This document shows, piece after piece, positions 9,671 through 17,891 of a stretch of 64,000 nucleotides of DNA; within the stretch, counting starts at the first letter, position 1; each line of letters opens with the position of its first letter. The stretch lies in assembly GCF_035569475.1 (NCBI RefSeq), contig NZ_DATMNA010000094.1, forward strand, positions 20,125 to 84,124. Reading direction: 5' to 3'. The position numbers and the translations under genes were made by a program. The stretch comes from Phenylobacterium sp. Its GTDB lineage: Bacteria; Pseudomonadota; Alphaproteobacteria; Caulobacterales; Caulobacteraceae. The notes below the pieces were generated by a model. The model did not search any database, was not told where the DNA came from, and was given only the letters and a program-made list of their open reading frames with translations.

Positions 9671-9919
9671 ATGGCGACGGTGTTCCAGAGCCGGCGGCGC
9701 TATCGCGTGGCGGTCAATTCCAACGATCATCCACCACCGCACGTCCACGCGTTCGGCAAAGGTTGCGAGGCTCGATTCAAGCTCAACTGCCCAGAGGGGC
9801 CAGTGGAGCTCTGGGATTATGTCGGTGACTGGACCTTGGCGCGGCTGAACGAACTGGGCGGCGAGATCGCCGACAACCTTGCCGACTGCTGCAAGACTTG
9901 GGATGAGATCCATGGCTGA
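9671..9919 (+). CDS. DUF4160 domain protein (putative toxin)
   Basis: NDHPPPHVHA motif, 82 aa, C-terminal W..IHG. Confidence 0.85.
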   Translation: MATVFQSRRRYRVAVNSNDHPPPHVHAFGKGCEARFKLNCPEGPVELWDYVGDWTLARLNELGGEIADNLADCCKTWDEIHG

Positions 9920-10322
9920 GTTCAAGCTGGTCGATGAGACGGCCTTCAAAGCTGCCGGCGTCCGTGGCCGGTTCACTCACGCGACGCCTCGTGCGGTTAA
10001 AGCGCGATTTGATCGCCGCACAGCGCGGGTCGTGGTGGGATTGAGCACGGGGATCGAATTTGCGTTCGACCCTCGCCTCGCCCCCGGGCTGGCGGCAGCC
10101 GCCGCCGAGGATCTCGTCGGCGTCACGGTCGAGGGTGTTGGCAGCACGCTGCACTTCCCGCGATTGGACGCGGATTTCACCGTGTCGCGTCTGCTTGAAG
10201 GTTTTCTCGGCCCAATGGACTGGACCCGGCGCGAAGCCCGTGCCCTCGCCTCTCGGGAAAATGGCAAGCGCGGCGGCCGTCCAAAGCGAAGCGCGGGCTT
10301 GGCCAAGAACTCGCCCAGCTGA
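9912..10322 (+). CDS. DUF2442 domain protein (putative antitoxin)
   Basis: ATG overlaps DUF4160 stop; GSTLHFPRLDADF and ASRENGKRGGRP motifs. Confidence 0.85.
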   Translation: MAEFKLVDETAFKAAGVRGRFTHATPRAVKARFDRRTARVVVGLSTGIEFAFDPRLAPGLAAAAAEDLVGVTVEGVGSTLHFPRLDADFTVSRLLEGFLGPMDWTRREARALASRENGKRGGRPKRSAGLAKNSPS

Positions 10323-10812
10323 CGCAGCTTTTATGAGGGCGGCCGGCGCGTCATCAAAGAAGTAGCGCTCCGCCAACGCGCCGAGACGCGCGAAGCGATC
10401 ATTCTGCCCGGCTAAGAATGCGAAATTGCCTGATACCCCCGTAGAGGGAACGCTCGCACAGCGCCAGCCGCCGCCCGCCTAACCCATTGAAAATGCTGGA
10501 TCAGTGGATTTCGGACTCAACCCATACGCACGGACGGGTTGTCCGGTTGTCTCGCAAAGCCAATCCGCCTCTCCACGGCGGCATATTGTTCATCAACAAT
10601 ACAGTTACTTAGTACTCCTCCAGCTCCATTTCCCGTGGCGGGACCGGCAACTCTAGGTCGGTTTGGGGCCAAGCTGTTTTCCAATCCGAGATTACTCTCA
10701 TCCAATTGAAAATCATCAACTTTCTTCGATTTTATGGCTTCGAGGATTAGAAGCAAAAAGGCGCCCCGCGGCGCCCCGAAAATTTCGTAAGTCTTTGATT
10801 TTCTGCGGGGCG

Positions 10813-10858
10813 TGGTGCCTGGGGGCGGATTCGAACCACCGACACGCGGATTTTCAAT
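10813..10858 (-). repeat. att-like copy of tRNA-Phe 3' half (middle)
   Basis: 46 bp identical to 17583-17628. Confidence 0.95.
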
Positions 10859-11034
10859 TTATCGGAAATCGTTGATATTATTCTGAAATTCGGAAAAAAT
10901 GGATTCTCGCTGGCATATGAAAGCTGCCCGCCCTGGCATACACCGGCACGTATGCCGCGAAGATTGGCATTCATAATCAATGGTTTGACAGGATTCCGGA
11001 CTCCATGACGACGAAACGCTCGAATTCAGGTTCG

Positions 11035-11376
11035 TCAGGCCTTGTGAAAGGCGCGAAGTACCCGCGTTAAGAGCCTCGCCCCCTCCTCTGTTCGGTCCCA
11101 GGCAGCTAGGACCTCCGCAGCGAGCTTGGCCTCGACGCTCGTCGTCTTTGCGGCCGGCACTACCAAGCCTTCCGCTTCGGGCTCGATCCCGAGCGCGTTG
11201 CAAATCTTCAAGACGCTTGGGTTCAGCGTCGTGAAGTCGCCCCTGCAAATTCGCCAGGCCTGAGCACCGTCGACCTCCGCCAGCGTCCCAAGCTGCTCGA
11301 ACGTCAAGTCACGCTCTTGGCGACGCGCGCTGATCCGTTCGGCGAGTTGCGCCCCGTATTTGTAGCGCTTTGCCAT
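11035..11376 (-). CDS. XRE-family HTH regulator, divergent from the methyltransferase
   Basis: RRQERDLTFEQLGTLAEVDGAQAWRICRG HTH pattern. Confidence 0.8.
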   Translation of the reverse strand: MAKRYKYGAQLAERISARRQERDLTFEQLGTLAEVDGAQAWRICRGDFTTLNPSVLKICNALGIEPEAEGLVVPAAKTTSVEAKLAAEVLAAWDRTEEGARLLTRVLRAFHKA

Positions 11377-11416
11377 TGCTAATTAGCATATGCATTGCTA
11401 GATTATTTGCAATAAT
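11377..11416. promoter_or_regulatory. AT-rich divergent promoter region with palindromes
   Basis: TGCTAATTAGCA (11377-11388, perfect) and ATTATT-TGC-AATAAT (11402-11416). Confidence 0.55.
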
Positions 11417-11431
11417 ATTTGGGAGCGCCGC

Positions 11432-12694
11432 GTGTACGTTGGTTTCGAACAGTGGACAGGGAACCGCGAGGTCGCGACGCTCGGGACTAACGCTGGCTCC
11501 GCAGCAATCCCCTTCCAGCGCTGGCGTCACTTCAAAGAGGCCTTCGCGCCTGAAATCGTCTATGAGGCCGTTCGCGCGGCAGAGACCCCGGTGAAGACCT
11601 GCATCGATCCCTTTGGGGGTTCAGGGACGACCGCTCTCGCCTGCCAGTTCCTTGGGGTCGAGCCGACGACCATCGAGGTCAACCCATATCTCGCGGACCT
11701 CATTGAGGCCAAGCTGTCCACCTATGATCCTGATCGACTCGTCCAGGACCTAGGGACCATCCTGCGGAACGCGGAGCGTATTGATCCCGCCGCCACTCTC
11801 GCCGGCCTCCCGGCGACCCTTGTCGAACCCGGCGTGGCAAACCGCTGGATTTTTGATCTGAACGTCGCGCGTCGAATTCTTTGCATTCGCGCGGCAGTCG
11901 AGCAGCTAGGCACTCCGGCACATCGCCGCTTGTTCAAGGTTCTGCTCGGTGGCGTCCTAGTGGGTCTGAGCAACGCCGTTGTGAATGGCAAAGGGCGTCG
12001 CTACCGCCGAGGCTGGGACAAACGGACTCTTGGCGCAGGCGATGTCGATGCGGCATTTACCGACGCGGCATCCGCAGCGATCGGCGAAATCGGGCGCTAC
12101 GGGAGTCGCGCCGCTGGGGCCTATGCCGTCATTCGCGGCGACAGCCGCGAGGCGATCAAGGACCTAGGAGCGTTTGACCTAGCGGTCTTTTCGCCACCCT
12201 ATCCGAACTCGTTCGACTACACGGACGTCTACAACATCGAGCTTTGGATGTTGGGCTACCTCACCGGATCGGCAGAAAACCGATCTCTTCGAGAAAGCAC
12301 CCTCGCCTCGCACGTCCAGATTCATCGTTCCTTTGCGGCACCGCCGCCAGGCTCACAGCACCTCGCGGACACCCTCGGAATGCTTGAGGCCCAGAAAGAG
12401 CAGCTATGGAATCCGCACATCCCCGCGATGGTCGGCGCCTACTTCACCGAGATGCTGGGGATCGTGGAAGCCCTCGGCAAAGTGCTGCGACCCAGAGGGA
12501 CAATTTGGGCGGTTGTTGGCGATAGCCGCTATGCCGGCGTCGCTGTGAACGTGGCGAACATCCTCGGCGAACTTGCGACAGCGAACGGCCTGAAAGTGGA
12601 CAGGTTGGAGACACTTCGCGAGATGCGCGCTTCAGCACAGCAAGGTGGCCAAGCACAGCTTGCCGAGAGCCTAATAGTCATCCGCCACGCTTAA
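11432..12694 (+). CDS. Amino DNA methyltransferase, probably N4-cytosine (alpha motif order)
   Basis: Motif I DPFGGSGTT precedes motif IV FSPPY; VVGDS near C-terminus. Confidence 0.85.
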   Translation: MYVGFEQWTGNREVATLGTNAGSAAIPFQRWRHFKEAFAPEIVYEAVRAAETPVKTCIDPFGGSGTTALACQFLGVEPTTIEVNPYLADLIEAKLSTYDPDRLVQDLGTILRNAERIDPAATLAGLPATLVEPGVANRWIFDLNVARRILCIRAAVEQLGTPAHRRLFKVLLGGVLVGLSNAVVNGKGRRYRRGWDKRTLGAGDVDAAFTDAASAAIGEIGRYGSRAAGAYAVIRGDSREAIKDLGAFDLAVFSPPYPNSFDYTDVYNIELWMLGYLTGSAENRSLRESTLASHVQIHRSFAAPPPGSQHLADTLGMLEAQKEQLWNPHIPAMVGAYFTEMLGIVEALGKVLRPRGTIWAVVGDSRYAGVAVNVANILGELATANGLKVDRLETLREMRASAQQGGQAQLAESLIVIRHA

Positions 12695-13758
12695 GGCCCG
12701 TACCGGGCTACCCGATATCGCTCTGCGTCGTTGAATAGATAGTTGCGGTGGAGCTCGACGGAGAGGCCGTCAGCGTACGCTTTCACCGCTGCGAAGGCGG
12801 CGGTGTCGCCAACGTCAGTGGCGCGCATGTCGAAGCAACAGAGCATCCCCGCCCTCGCCCGCCGCTCGTCTCTGTATGCGGCGGCCTGCCTTGCGCCGCG
12901 TCTCATCCACTTCTCGTTCTTGGTAGCGGACCAATGATGCCCGCGGATATTTCGCTCTCGAAGAACCTTGATCTCAATTTCGGCGGGAATGATCGAAGAG
13001 CCATCCGCCATCCGCTGGACAACTTCCAAATCCACGCGGCCGACTTTCATCGGCTGCTCATGCCGGACATCGCAGCTAAATAGAGCGACCGAAAGCGCCG
13101 TCTTTACGTGTGCCTGCGCGATGGCTTCGGCGTTCTGAGCCGCGCGGTGTTTGTCCGCGTCATGCCACATGGAAACGCCAGCAACTTGAGCGTCGGGGGT
13201 GCAAAGATTGGACTCGTGCGCCGCATCGATGACGCGCTTGATGTCATCGAGCGTCGTTTCCCGGTCGACGATATCGACGGTTTCAACGCTCTCCTCATCG
13301 TTCAATCCGTGGCGGTAAAGCCGGACCGTGGGCGTCGTGACGGTCGGATTGAACACTGCCGCCGGAACATCGCCAAGTCCGAGCCCCTGGATGTAGTCAA
13401 AGACCTCCCCAGCGCCTTCGGATGGCGGAACCAGCTCACGCCCCGATTGGACGTTCATCGGGACGAACCAAATTCGCCCAGAAATCTCAACGCCGCCATC
13501 GCCCAACATTGGCTGGCGCGTCGTGTCTGTTCCGGACAGCCCGCCGGGCTGGAGCAGAAAGACGGCGATTGCATCGCGCCGCATATCGCCGAGATGCTGC
13601 CTTGTTCGTCGAAGGGCTAGGCGCGCGACGTTGCGGCCAAAGCGCGACACGGGAGGAAGATCGTCATCGGCGCCGTCGCCGGCAAACAGTCGCGCTGTCC
13701 CGCCGAGATCGGCCCCCGTCCAGAATCCTAAACCTGTCGCATTGTTGTCAGCGGGCAC
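12691..13758 (-). CDS. Putative PD-(D/E)XK nuclease-domain effector
   Basis: GTG 13758 after GGAGG, overlapping the upstream stop; C-terminal HEQ...GRVDL...EIEIK...QAAAY. Confidence 0.6.
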   Translation of the reverse strand: MPADNNATGLGFWTGADLGGTARLFAGDGADDDLPPVSRFGRNVARLALRRTRQHLGDMRRDAIAVFLLQPGGLSGTDTTRQPMLGDGGVEISGRIWFVPMNVQSGRELVPPSEGAGEVFDYIQGLGLGDVPAAVFNPTVTTPTVRLYRHGLNDEESVETVDIVDRETTLDDIKRVIDAAHESNLCTPDAQVAGVSMWHDADKHRAAQNAEAIAQAHVKTALSVALFSCDVRHEQPMKVGRVDLEVVQRMADGSSIIPAEIEIKVLRERNIRGHHWSATKNEKWMRRGARQAAAYRDERRARAGMLCCFDMRATDVGDTAAFAAVKAYADGLSVELHRNYLFNDAERYRVARYGP

Positions 13759-14419
13759 CCTGGAGCCGCCTCCGCAGGTGTCGGACGTAGAGGTGGACTT
13801 TCTCGCTGGCGCCGACGACCGCACCGGTCTCCACTAGGCTGCCAACCTTTTCCGCCGAGGCAGCGGAATAGTTCACGTCCAGCCATTCCCCGAAGTCGAT
13901 CACATTGTCGGCGCTGAAGTGAGGGTCGGCGTATGTCGCATCTTCGTTGATCACACGATCGATCTCCGCATCGGACAGCGCCGACAATGCAAGGACGAGT
14001 TCGCGCAGGAAGTGAGCCGACGCAGCTTCGTCGGGCATCGTTTCGAGGTGGCCGAGGATAGGGTCGGCGAGATCAGGATTCAGCCGATAACTGCCTTCCA
14101 AGCGATAATGCTCGGCGTCGATCTCAACGTGCTTCAGCCCTTCAACCCTTGCCACGCCCAGGCCGACGAGGCGATCGAGGTCGCGCTGGAGGTCTGGATA
14201 GAATGGACCACCGCTCCGCTTCAGCACCGTCCCGTCCACACTTGGCATGTCCCAGACGGGCGAAAGAACATTAGCCAGGTAGGCGATGAGGTGCAGACGA
14301 AGCGCCGGCAATGGATCGATGCCGGCGTCTAGGCTCGCCTTGAGCAAGACGACGAGCCGTACACGCCGACGTATGGACGCGGCGAACTGATCCTCTTGCG
14401 GGCGCGAACTCTCGCTCAT
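13748..14419 (-). CDS. Putative winged-helix 'middle component' protein
   Basis: RLHLIAYLA...GGPFYPDLQRDLDRL pattern; ATGA-coupled to the ATPase. Confidence 0.55.
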   Translation of the reverse strand: MSESSRPQEDQFAASIRRRVRLVVLLKASLDAGIDPLPALRLHLIAYLANVLSPVWDMPSVDGTVLKRSGGPFYPDLQRDLDRLVGLGVARVEGLKHVEIDAEHYRLEGSYRLNPDLADPILGHLETMPDEAASAHFLRELVLALSALSDAEIDRVINEDATYADPHFSADNVIDFGEWLDVNYSAASAEKVGSLVETGAVVGASEKVHLYVRHLRRRLQGAR

Positions 14420-16401
14420 GCCAGCGGCTCAAATAGCCGCTCTCTGAGCCGATCATATTCGTCGCGATCGTCGCTGACGGCGCGCGTGGGCTTCGCAACC
14501 TCGAAGAGATCGACCAGCCGGTCGGCCTTCTCCGGTGTAGCTGCCAAACCCCCGACAAGGGTCGGAAGTAGGCTACCCTCGATCAGGTTTGAAGTGACGA
14601 GCAGACGGTTTTCCCCCTCGCCTGCGAAGCGAAGCAAGACGTTGCCTGCGCGCTTAGCAAAGACAGCGTCGAGCGACGATTCTGGCGTGTCGATGATCAG
14701 AGCCGCCGAGCCGTCGCTTGACGATCGCATGAGCGCCATTCGAAACGCGAGATCGATGAACTCACGCTGACTTTCGGACACGTCTCCAGGGCCGGCACGA
14801 CGTACCGCATCTGAAAAATCGCTGCCGGTCATGTTGAGTTCGAAGGCGGGAAACGGAATTGCTTCGCCGCTTTGCCCAACTGCCGCTGACCGCATGGCCC
14901 ACGTCAGCGAGACGCGTTCAGAAAGGAACGCGCCCGCAAAAAGCTCAAAGCCCTCGACGATCTGGCTGGCGGAAGCCAACAACTCGTCCGTGCATTGCTC
15001 GACGAATTCCCGAAACGCGGTGCGCTCTGCCGCCAATTCCGTTTTCATTGACTCAAGCCGACCTCGAATGGCGGCTAGTTCACCGCGCTGGGTTCGGAGG
15101 ACCGCTTCGTCTGGTGGCAGCAACTCGATGATGCGGGAAAGCCGTGCTGATCGACTCGCGATCTCGGCGTTCAAACGCGTTACTTCCAGCGTATGCGCGT
15201 CGAATTCCGCCTCGGCGATTTCACGTTCGCGTACTGCGCCGGCTAGTTCCCGGTCCGCGAGTTCGAGCAGACGTTCCGATTTCACTACGCGCTCATCTGC
15301 GACGTCGCGCGCCTCAACAATTTCGGCTGATCGCGACAGGTCGCTATCGCACACGACGCACTTGTCGCCCGTCAGGCGGGCGGCGTAGGCGGCTGCGGCT
15401 TCTGGAGCATGGGAGCCGCAGACTAGGCAATCCATCTCGCTCATGAGATGGGCGACCATGTACCGGCCCGTTTCGAGACGTCCTGGGAAACGAGCTTCGA
15501 TCGCAACAAGCTTGGCGTGTTCCAATGCTCTGAAGCGCGCCTCTCGCTCCTGTTTCGCCTTCAGATGGCTCAGACGCGCCTCCTGGCGCCTGCTGTCCAT
15601 CGCGTCCGTAAAGGGCTCGATCTCCTCCAGCCGAGCCCGTCCTTGTTCTTGTAGGGCGTCAAGCGCTTGAAGCTCGCCGCGCACCGCAGCGGCATTGCTG
15701 GCTTTCGCCAAGCTGTTGTTCAGCAACTTCTCCTCGCGCCCAACGACCGCTTGGAAGTTGCGCATCCGGCTGTCGTTCTGAAGGATGGATCGTTCCAACT
15801 CCGTCCATCGTTGGGCAATATCGGCGGGCAGAAAAAGCATCCGCAGAAGCTGCCGCTGAGCAGAAGGATCCCAAACCAGCTGCCGCCGGTCTTCGAAGTA
15901 AAACACCAAGTATCGCAGCATCAGGATAAAATCGCCGAAAGAACCGAGGCCCGATGCGGCTGCTATTTCGGCTTGAAGAATGGACTCGTCCGTAATTTCA
16001 GACGCACCGAACAGCGCTGAAATCAGTCCAAGATCGCTCAACCGACGCTCAACGACCACGACTATCGAACCAAGCATAAATTCCAGACGAGCCGTCGCGG
16101 TTGCCGCTCGATCTCCGACGCGCGCGGCTAGGATCGAACGCTGCGGCGAGGGAATTGCCGCAGCGGCCAGACGGCGAAAACCTAGCTCGTCGCCGACGCC
16201 GAGTGCAGGAATGTCGTATGGACCGGCCAGGAGCCGGAAGATCAGCGTGATGAGCGTCGTTTTGCCTAGCCCATTTGCACCAACGACTAGGGTGAGGCCG
16301 GGCGGGAAGTCCACATGCAGCCCAGGCGTAGCGTCGGACACGCCTGGAAAGAGGCCATACCCGTCGACGTCCAGGCGGCAGAAGACGGGGAATGTCTTCA
16401 A
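14416..16401 (-). CDS. Rad50/SMC-like ABC ATPase with coiled coil and CxxC motifs
   Basis: Walker A GANGLGKTT, coiled coils, CLVC and CVVC, degenerate signature VSESQ, Walker B LIIDTPE with SLD loop. Confidence 0.85.
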   Translation of the reverse strand: MKTFPVFCRLDVDGYGLFPGVSDATPGLHVDFPPGLTLVVGANGLGKTTLITLIFRLLAGPYDIPALGVGDELGFRRLAAAAIPSPQRSILAARVGDRAATATARLEFMLGSIVVVVERRLSDLGLISALFGASEITDESILQAEIAAASGLGSFGDFILMLRYLVFYFEDRRQLVWDPSAQRQLLRMLFLPADIAQRWTELERSILQNDSRMRNFQAVVGREEKLLNNSLAKASNAAAVRGELQALDALQEQGRARLEEIEPFTDAMDSRRQEARLSHLKAKQEREARFRALEHAKLVAIEARFPGRLETGRYMVAHLMSEMDCLVCGSHAPEAAAAYAARLTGDKCVVCDSDLSRSAEIVEARDVADERVVKSERLLELADRELAGAVREREIAEAEFDAHTLEVTRLNAEIASRSARLSRIIELLPPDEAVLRTQRGELAAIRGRLESMKTELAAERTAFREFVEQCTDELLASASQIVEGFELFAGAFLSERVSLTWAMRSAAVGQSGEAIPFPAFELNMTGSDFSDAVRRAGPGDVSESQREFIDLAFRMALMRSSSDGSAALIIDTPESSLDAVFAKRAGNVLLRFAGEGENRLLVTSNLIEGSLLPTLVGGLAATPEKADRLVDLFEVAKPTRAVSDDRDEYDRLRERLFEPLA

Positions 16402-16639
16402 GCAGCAAAATCCTCTCTCACGCCCACCCTAGGCATGCATTGCGATAACCTACACCGTAGGCTTGTGGAAGGTGCCCATCGCCCTAACGGGCGTCGATCA
16501 TGTCGATGCGGCGTCATAGCACTCAACGCCGACCGTCGCGCGATCGCAACGCCCTCTACGAGTCTGCCGTCTCCGGCGATGAGAACGCCGGCCCATTTGG
16601 CTGTCCGCTCTTCATGCGTCACCAGCGCATCAAAACAGT

Positions 16640-16867
16640 TCACCCACCGTCATCAGGGTCCGTGGGTTGAAGCAACGCCAGCGGATCGACGCCCAGCACG
16701 CTTGCAAGCCGCTCGACGACATCTAGTGTCGGATTTCGAATTCCGCGCTCGATCTGACCAACGTATGTGACAGCGAGGCCCACCTCGTCTGCGAGCACTT
16801 CCTGGCTAAGTCCGCGCTCCTGCCGGGCGAGACGGACATTTATCCCCAAGACCTGATTCAAGCCCAT
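16640..16867 (-). CDS. XRE-family HTH, resembling R-M controller (C) proteins
   Basis: 75 aa; RQERGLSQEVLA...TYVGQIERGIRNPTL. Confidence 0.85.
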   Translation of the reverse strand: MGLNQVLGINVRLARQERGLSQEVLADEVGLAVTYVGQIERGIRNPTLDVVERLASVLGVDPLALLQPTDPDDGG

Positions 16868-16901
16868 CAGGGCAGGCGTATTGAGTCCCGACCCCCCGAC
16901 C

Positions 16902-16931
16902 AGTCACTATAGTGACTATACGAGTCGACTC
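16902..16931. promoter_or_regulatory. C-box-like operator
   Basis: Perfect 16-bp palindrome AGTCACTATAGTGACT (16902-16917) plus GAGTCGACTC (16922-16931); GACT/AGTC half-sites upstream of the XRE gene. Confidence 0.6.
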
Positions 16932-17011
16932 GCATATTCTGGCGCGGCCACCTCAAGGCACGCCGACGTCGGCGTGCCCACGAAGGTCGGGATAGTCGTA
17001 GCGGGGCCACG

Positions 17012-17245
17012 ATGCACGCAGGTGACGATCCCGCCTGGGACGTCTTAAGCGACGACCTGCTTGAGGGCTCTGAGGCCATCGCCAAATTCCTTGGCGACAA
17101 GTGGAGCGCAAGCAGAGTGCGAAAGGCGAAATATCGCCAGCACCTACCTATCCACAAGAGGCCCGGGATTGGCCTCTACGCTTTCAAATCCGAATTAACG
17201 GCTTTCCTCCGCGCGGCCGAGTCGTTGGCCCGCCCGATCAAATAG
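17012..17245 (+). CDS. Excisionase-like small DNA-binding protein
   Basis: 77 aa; DLLEGSEAIAKFLG...LPIHK...GLYAFKSEL; adjacent to att end. Confidence 0.6.
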   Translation: MHAGDDPAWDVLSDDLLEGSEAIAKFLGDKWSASRVRKAKYRQHLPIHKRPGIGLYAFKSELTAFLRAAESLARPIK

Positions 17246-17261
17246 AGTCCAGCTTGGCCTT

Positions 17262-17294
17262 ACCGACACGCGGATAGATAATCCGCGTGTCGGT
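17262..17294. repeat. 14-bp inverted repeat built from the tRNA-Phe att core arm
   Basis: ACCGACACGCGGAT-AGATA-ATCCGCGTGTCGGT; arm identical to 17608-17621. Confidence 0.85.
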
Positions 17295-17582
17295 GCTTGG
17301 TCGGAGCATCGCGGCCTCCGCTGACAACATGCTGTTTTATAACATTTTTCTTTCTGTTCCCGGTAGGCGATAGGAAGCCGACGTAGCACCACGATGGCAT
17401 CAACAATGGATTCCCGCCCTGCAAACGGCGCTTGGTTCCCCGAAAATCGCGACGCCGTGGCACGTGCCGGAACGTCAGAGAACGCCCTGGCATGTTGCGG
17501 AATGTTCTCGTTTTGACCCGATATGCCATCGAGAACGACGTTCCCCCAGTTGGGGAAGATACTGATTTCATTGAAGAAAAAG

Positions 17583-17658
17583 TGGTGCCTGGGGGCGGAT
17601 TCGAACCACCGACACGCGGATTTTCAATCCGCTGCTCTACCAACTGAGCTACCCAGGC
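17583..17658 (-). tRNA. tRNA-Phe (GAA)
   Basis: GCCTGGGTAGCTCAGTTGGTAGAGCAGCGGATTGAAAATCCGCGTGTCGGTGGTTCGAATCCGCCCCCAGGCACCA. Confidence 0.97.
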
Positions 17659-17891
17659 GAAGGCCGCCGTCGCGGGGAGCCGCGTCTATAGAAGAGCCGC
17701 TTTCGGAAGTCCAGCAAGCGCGGATCAGTCGTCCCCAGGCTCTTCGGGGACGCTGTCGGGATCCTCCGGACCGGGGATCGCATAGTGACCTCCCAACCAG
17801 CGATGCAGGTCCAGATCGGCGCATCGCTTGGAACAGAACGGGCGGTGCTCAGGCTCAACCGGCTTGCCGCATATCGGGCATTTGGGCGCGC

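Larger units (their letters stand above)
7456..10812. mobile_element. Genomic islet B (toxin/immunity + TA), between two tRNA-Phe fragments
   Basis: Flanked by direct repeats 7409-7455 and 10813-10858; visibly lower GC than backbone; no integrase. Confidence 0.8.
10859..17582. mobile_element. Genomic island A (putative defence island) integrated at tRNA-Phe
   Basis: Between the intact tRNA-Phe and the 46-bp direct repeat; lower GC; excisionase-like gene but no integrase. Confidence 0.85.

Noticed and set aside
10517-10756. 79-aa minus-strand ORF in islet B
   Set aside because: No RBS or motif; likely non-coding island-end sequence or decayed DNA
7409-10858. Extra tRNA-Phe genes or a CRISPR-like repeat series
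   Set aside because: Copies lack the 5' half and are kilobases apart; they are att remnants. No CRISPR array or cas genes seen in the window
14416-16401. Calling the ATPase operon Dnd, Wadjet or SbcCD
   Set aside because: No dndBCE, JetA/JetD or SbcD phosphoesterase partners; the ATPase is too short for JetC/MukB
17470-17520. GAAC/GTTC pairs near the island end as SOS boxes
   Set aside because: Spacing is 6 nt or a half-site has two mismatches
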